From Mytilus californianus (taxonomy: Eukaryota), in the NCBI RefSeq assembly GCF_021869535.1, contig NW_026262723.1, positions 56,668,001 to 56,732,000 of the forward strand: a DNA stretch of 64,000 bases, written 5' to 3'. Within the stretch, counting starts at the first letter, position 1. Every line of letters begins with the position of its first letter. A program made the position numbers and the translations under genes. The notes under the pieces were generated by a model. It was not told the origin of the DNA and did not search any database. It saw only the letters and a program-made list of their open reading frames with translations. This document shows positions 62,781 to 64,000 of this stretch, piece by piece.

Positions 62781-63759
62781 TATTATTGCACAAAAGTACG
62801 ATGAAAGGTAATATTTTGCTCTTATATTGCAAAACACGCAGTAAGATAAGTCAATCCTTTCAAAGCTGTGCCTATGTGATTGATTACACTTTAGATGAGT
62901 TAACATTAGTGTGGTGCATTTTTGTATGTGACTGTGACTTCATCATCATTTCATAATTAATAAACATATTTGAATGAAACATTTATCGTACGTTTCTTAT
63001 GTTAATTTTGGTAAAATTATGACCACCAGTCTGACAATGTACACTAAAGGATAGTTGACTCAAATCAAATTTGAACGAGACATGATATATTACAATGTAG
63101 TTAGTTTATTTTTTGCTAAAGCGCATCTCTATATAAATGGCAATATCTTAAATACTAGTAAGTGAAATTCGCGAATTTGCGAATCTCGTTAGATGTGAGA
63201 AGTTGAAATCTTACATCATTACTTGTATTTGACAGAATATTGATTCATGAATATGCAAATGCTGCTACTAGATATATTCATAGAGCTTCGTGGTTTATTT
63301 TAACTTCAAGTGGCAAACACAAATGACAGAAGTTAATCTAACGAAAGAAAAAAAACAATTAAACGGAAAACATAGTGATTTCAATATCTTATATGATTGC
63401 AAATGAGATTACTGTCTTCCAAAACACGAAAATGATTATGTAAATGTCATTGAACGACCTTTAAGAATGAAAAAATGAACGAAGTTTTATATCGTAACAC
63501 ACGCTATTGTTGGAAAGGTAACTTCGTTTTACTATATATTACATGCTTGGTATTTATGTATGTATACATGTATGTGTGTTTATGTGCGTATATTAAAAAC
63601 TTTCAACCAAAATGTCTTTATGGTGCAAATATCCTCACAAATACTCCGCTCTTTTCCACGCGTTTTCGTGGCTCATTTGGCCATGTAGAGCTGTATGAGC
63701 TGTCGCTATAACTTGGTGTCCTTTGTCGTCTTATATGAACATTTTCAAATGATTTCGTC

Positions 63760-64000
63760 TGGGTTTTTTTTTTTTTTAAATAATCTGGTTTCTATTTTGA
63801 CAAAAAAAAATAATCTGTCCTATTCAGATGCTAAAAAAAATATTCTGGCTTCATCTTCAGCAAGTATGACATGTATGATGTATTTGATGAAAATATTCTT
63901 GCTTTGGATTGACTGAAAAAAAGTATTCTTGCTCGGTTTGCATGATAATAAAATTCTGGCTTGATATAAAAACCCAGCCCCGTCCCCCCAGAAAGTCAAA
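63760..64000. mobile_element. MITE-like repeat running off the window end
   Basis: Repeated aaaa(t)attct(g/t)gct units and aaaacccagcccc...gtcaaa; resembles bivalve MITE ends recalled from memory. Confidence 0.4.

Overview
AT-rich (roughly 30% GC by eye) eukaryotic genomic DNA, most likely a bivalve mollusc of the Mytilus type (inferred from repeat families I recognise, not from a database search). No prokaryotic features, rRNA, intact tRNA or CRISPR were seen. The only clearly intact genes are three paralogous otopetrin-like (OTOP proton channel family) genes at 48.5-62.6 kb. Each has an uninterrupted CDS and a predicted small non-coding first exon; one is head-to-head with a tandem pair. 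All three carry Lys where the TM12 FYRxH motif normally has His, plus an altered TM6 motif. The apparently non-coding first 28.5 kb translates, through stops and frameshifts, into a graveyard of Toll-like receptor pseudogenes (LRR, LRR-CT, TM and TIR remnants) on both strands. It includes an 8.5/5.6 kb head-to-tail duplication. A further TLR relic sits between the divergent otopetrin promoters. The rest is rich in SINEs, MITEs, a pearl/MgE-like element, palindromes, and a 4.7 kb cassette with degenerate ORFs bracketed by inverted motifs. All translations and alignments were done by hand, and repeat boundaries are approximate.
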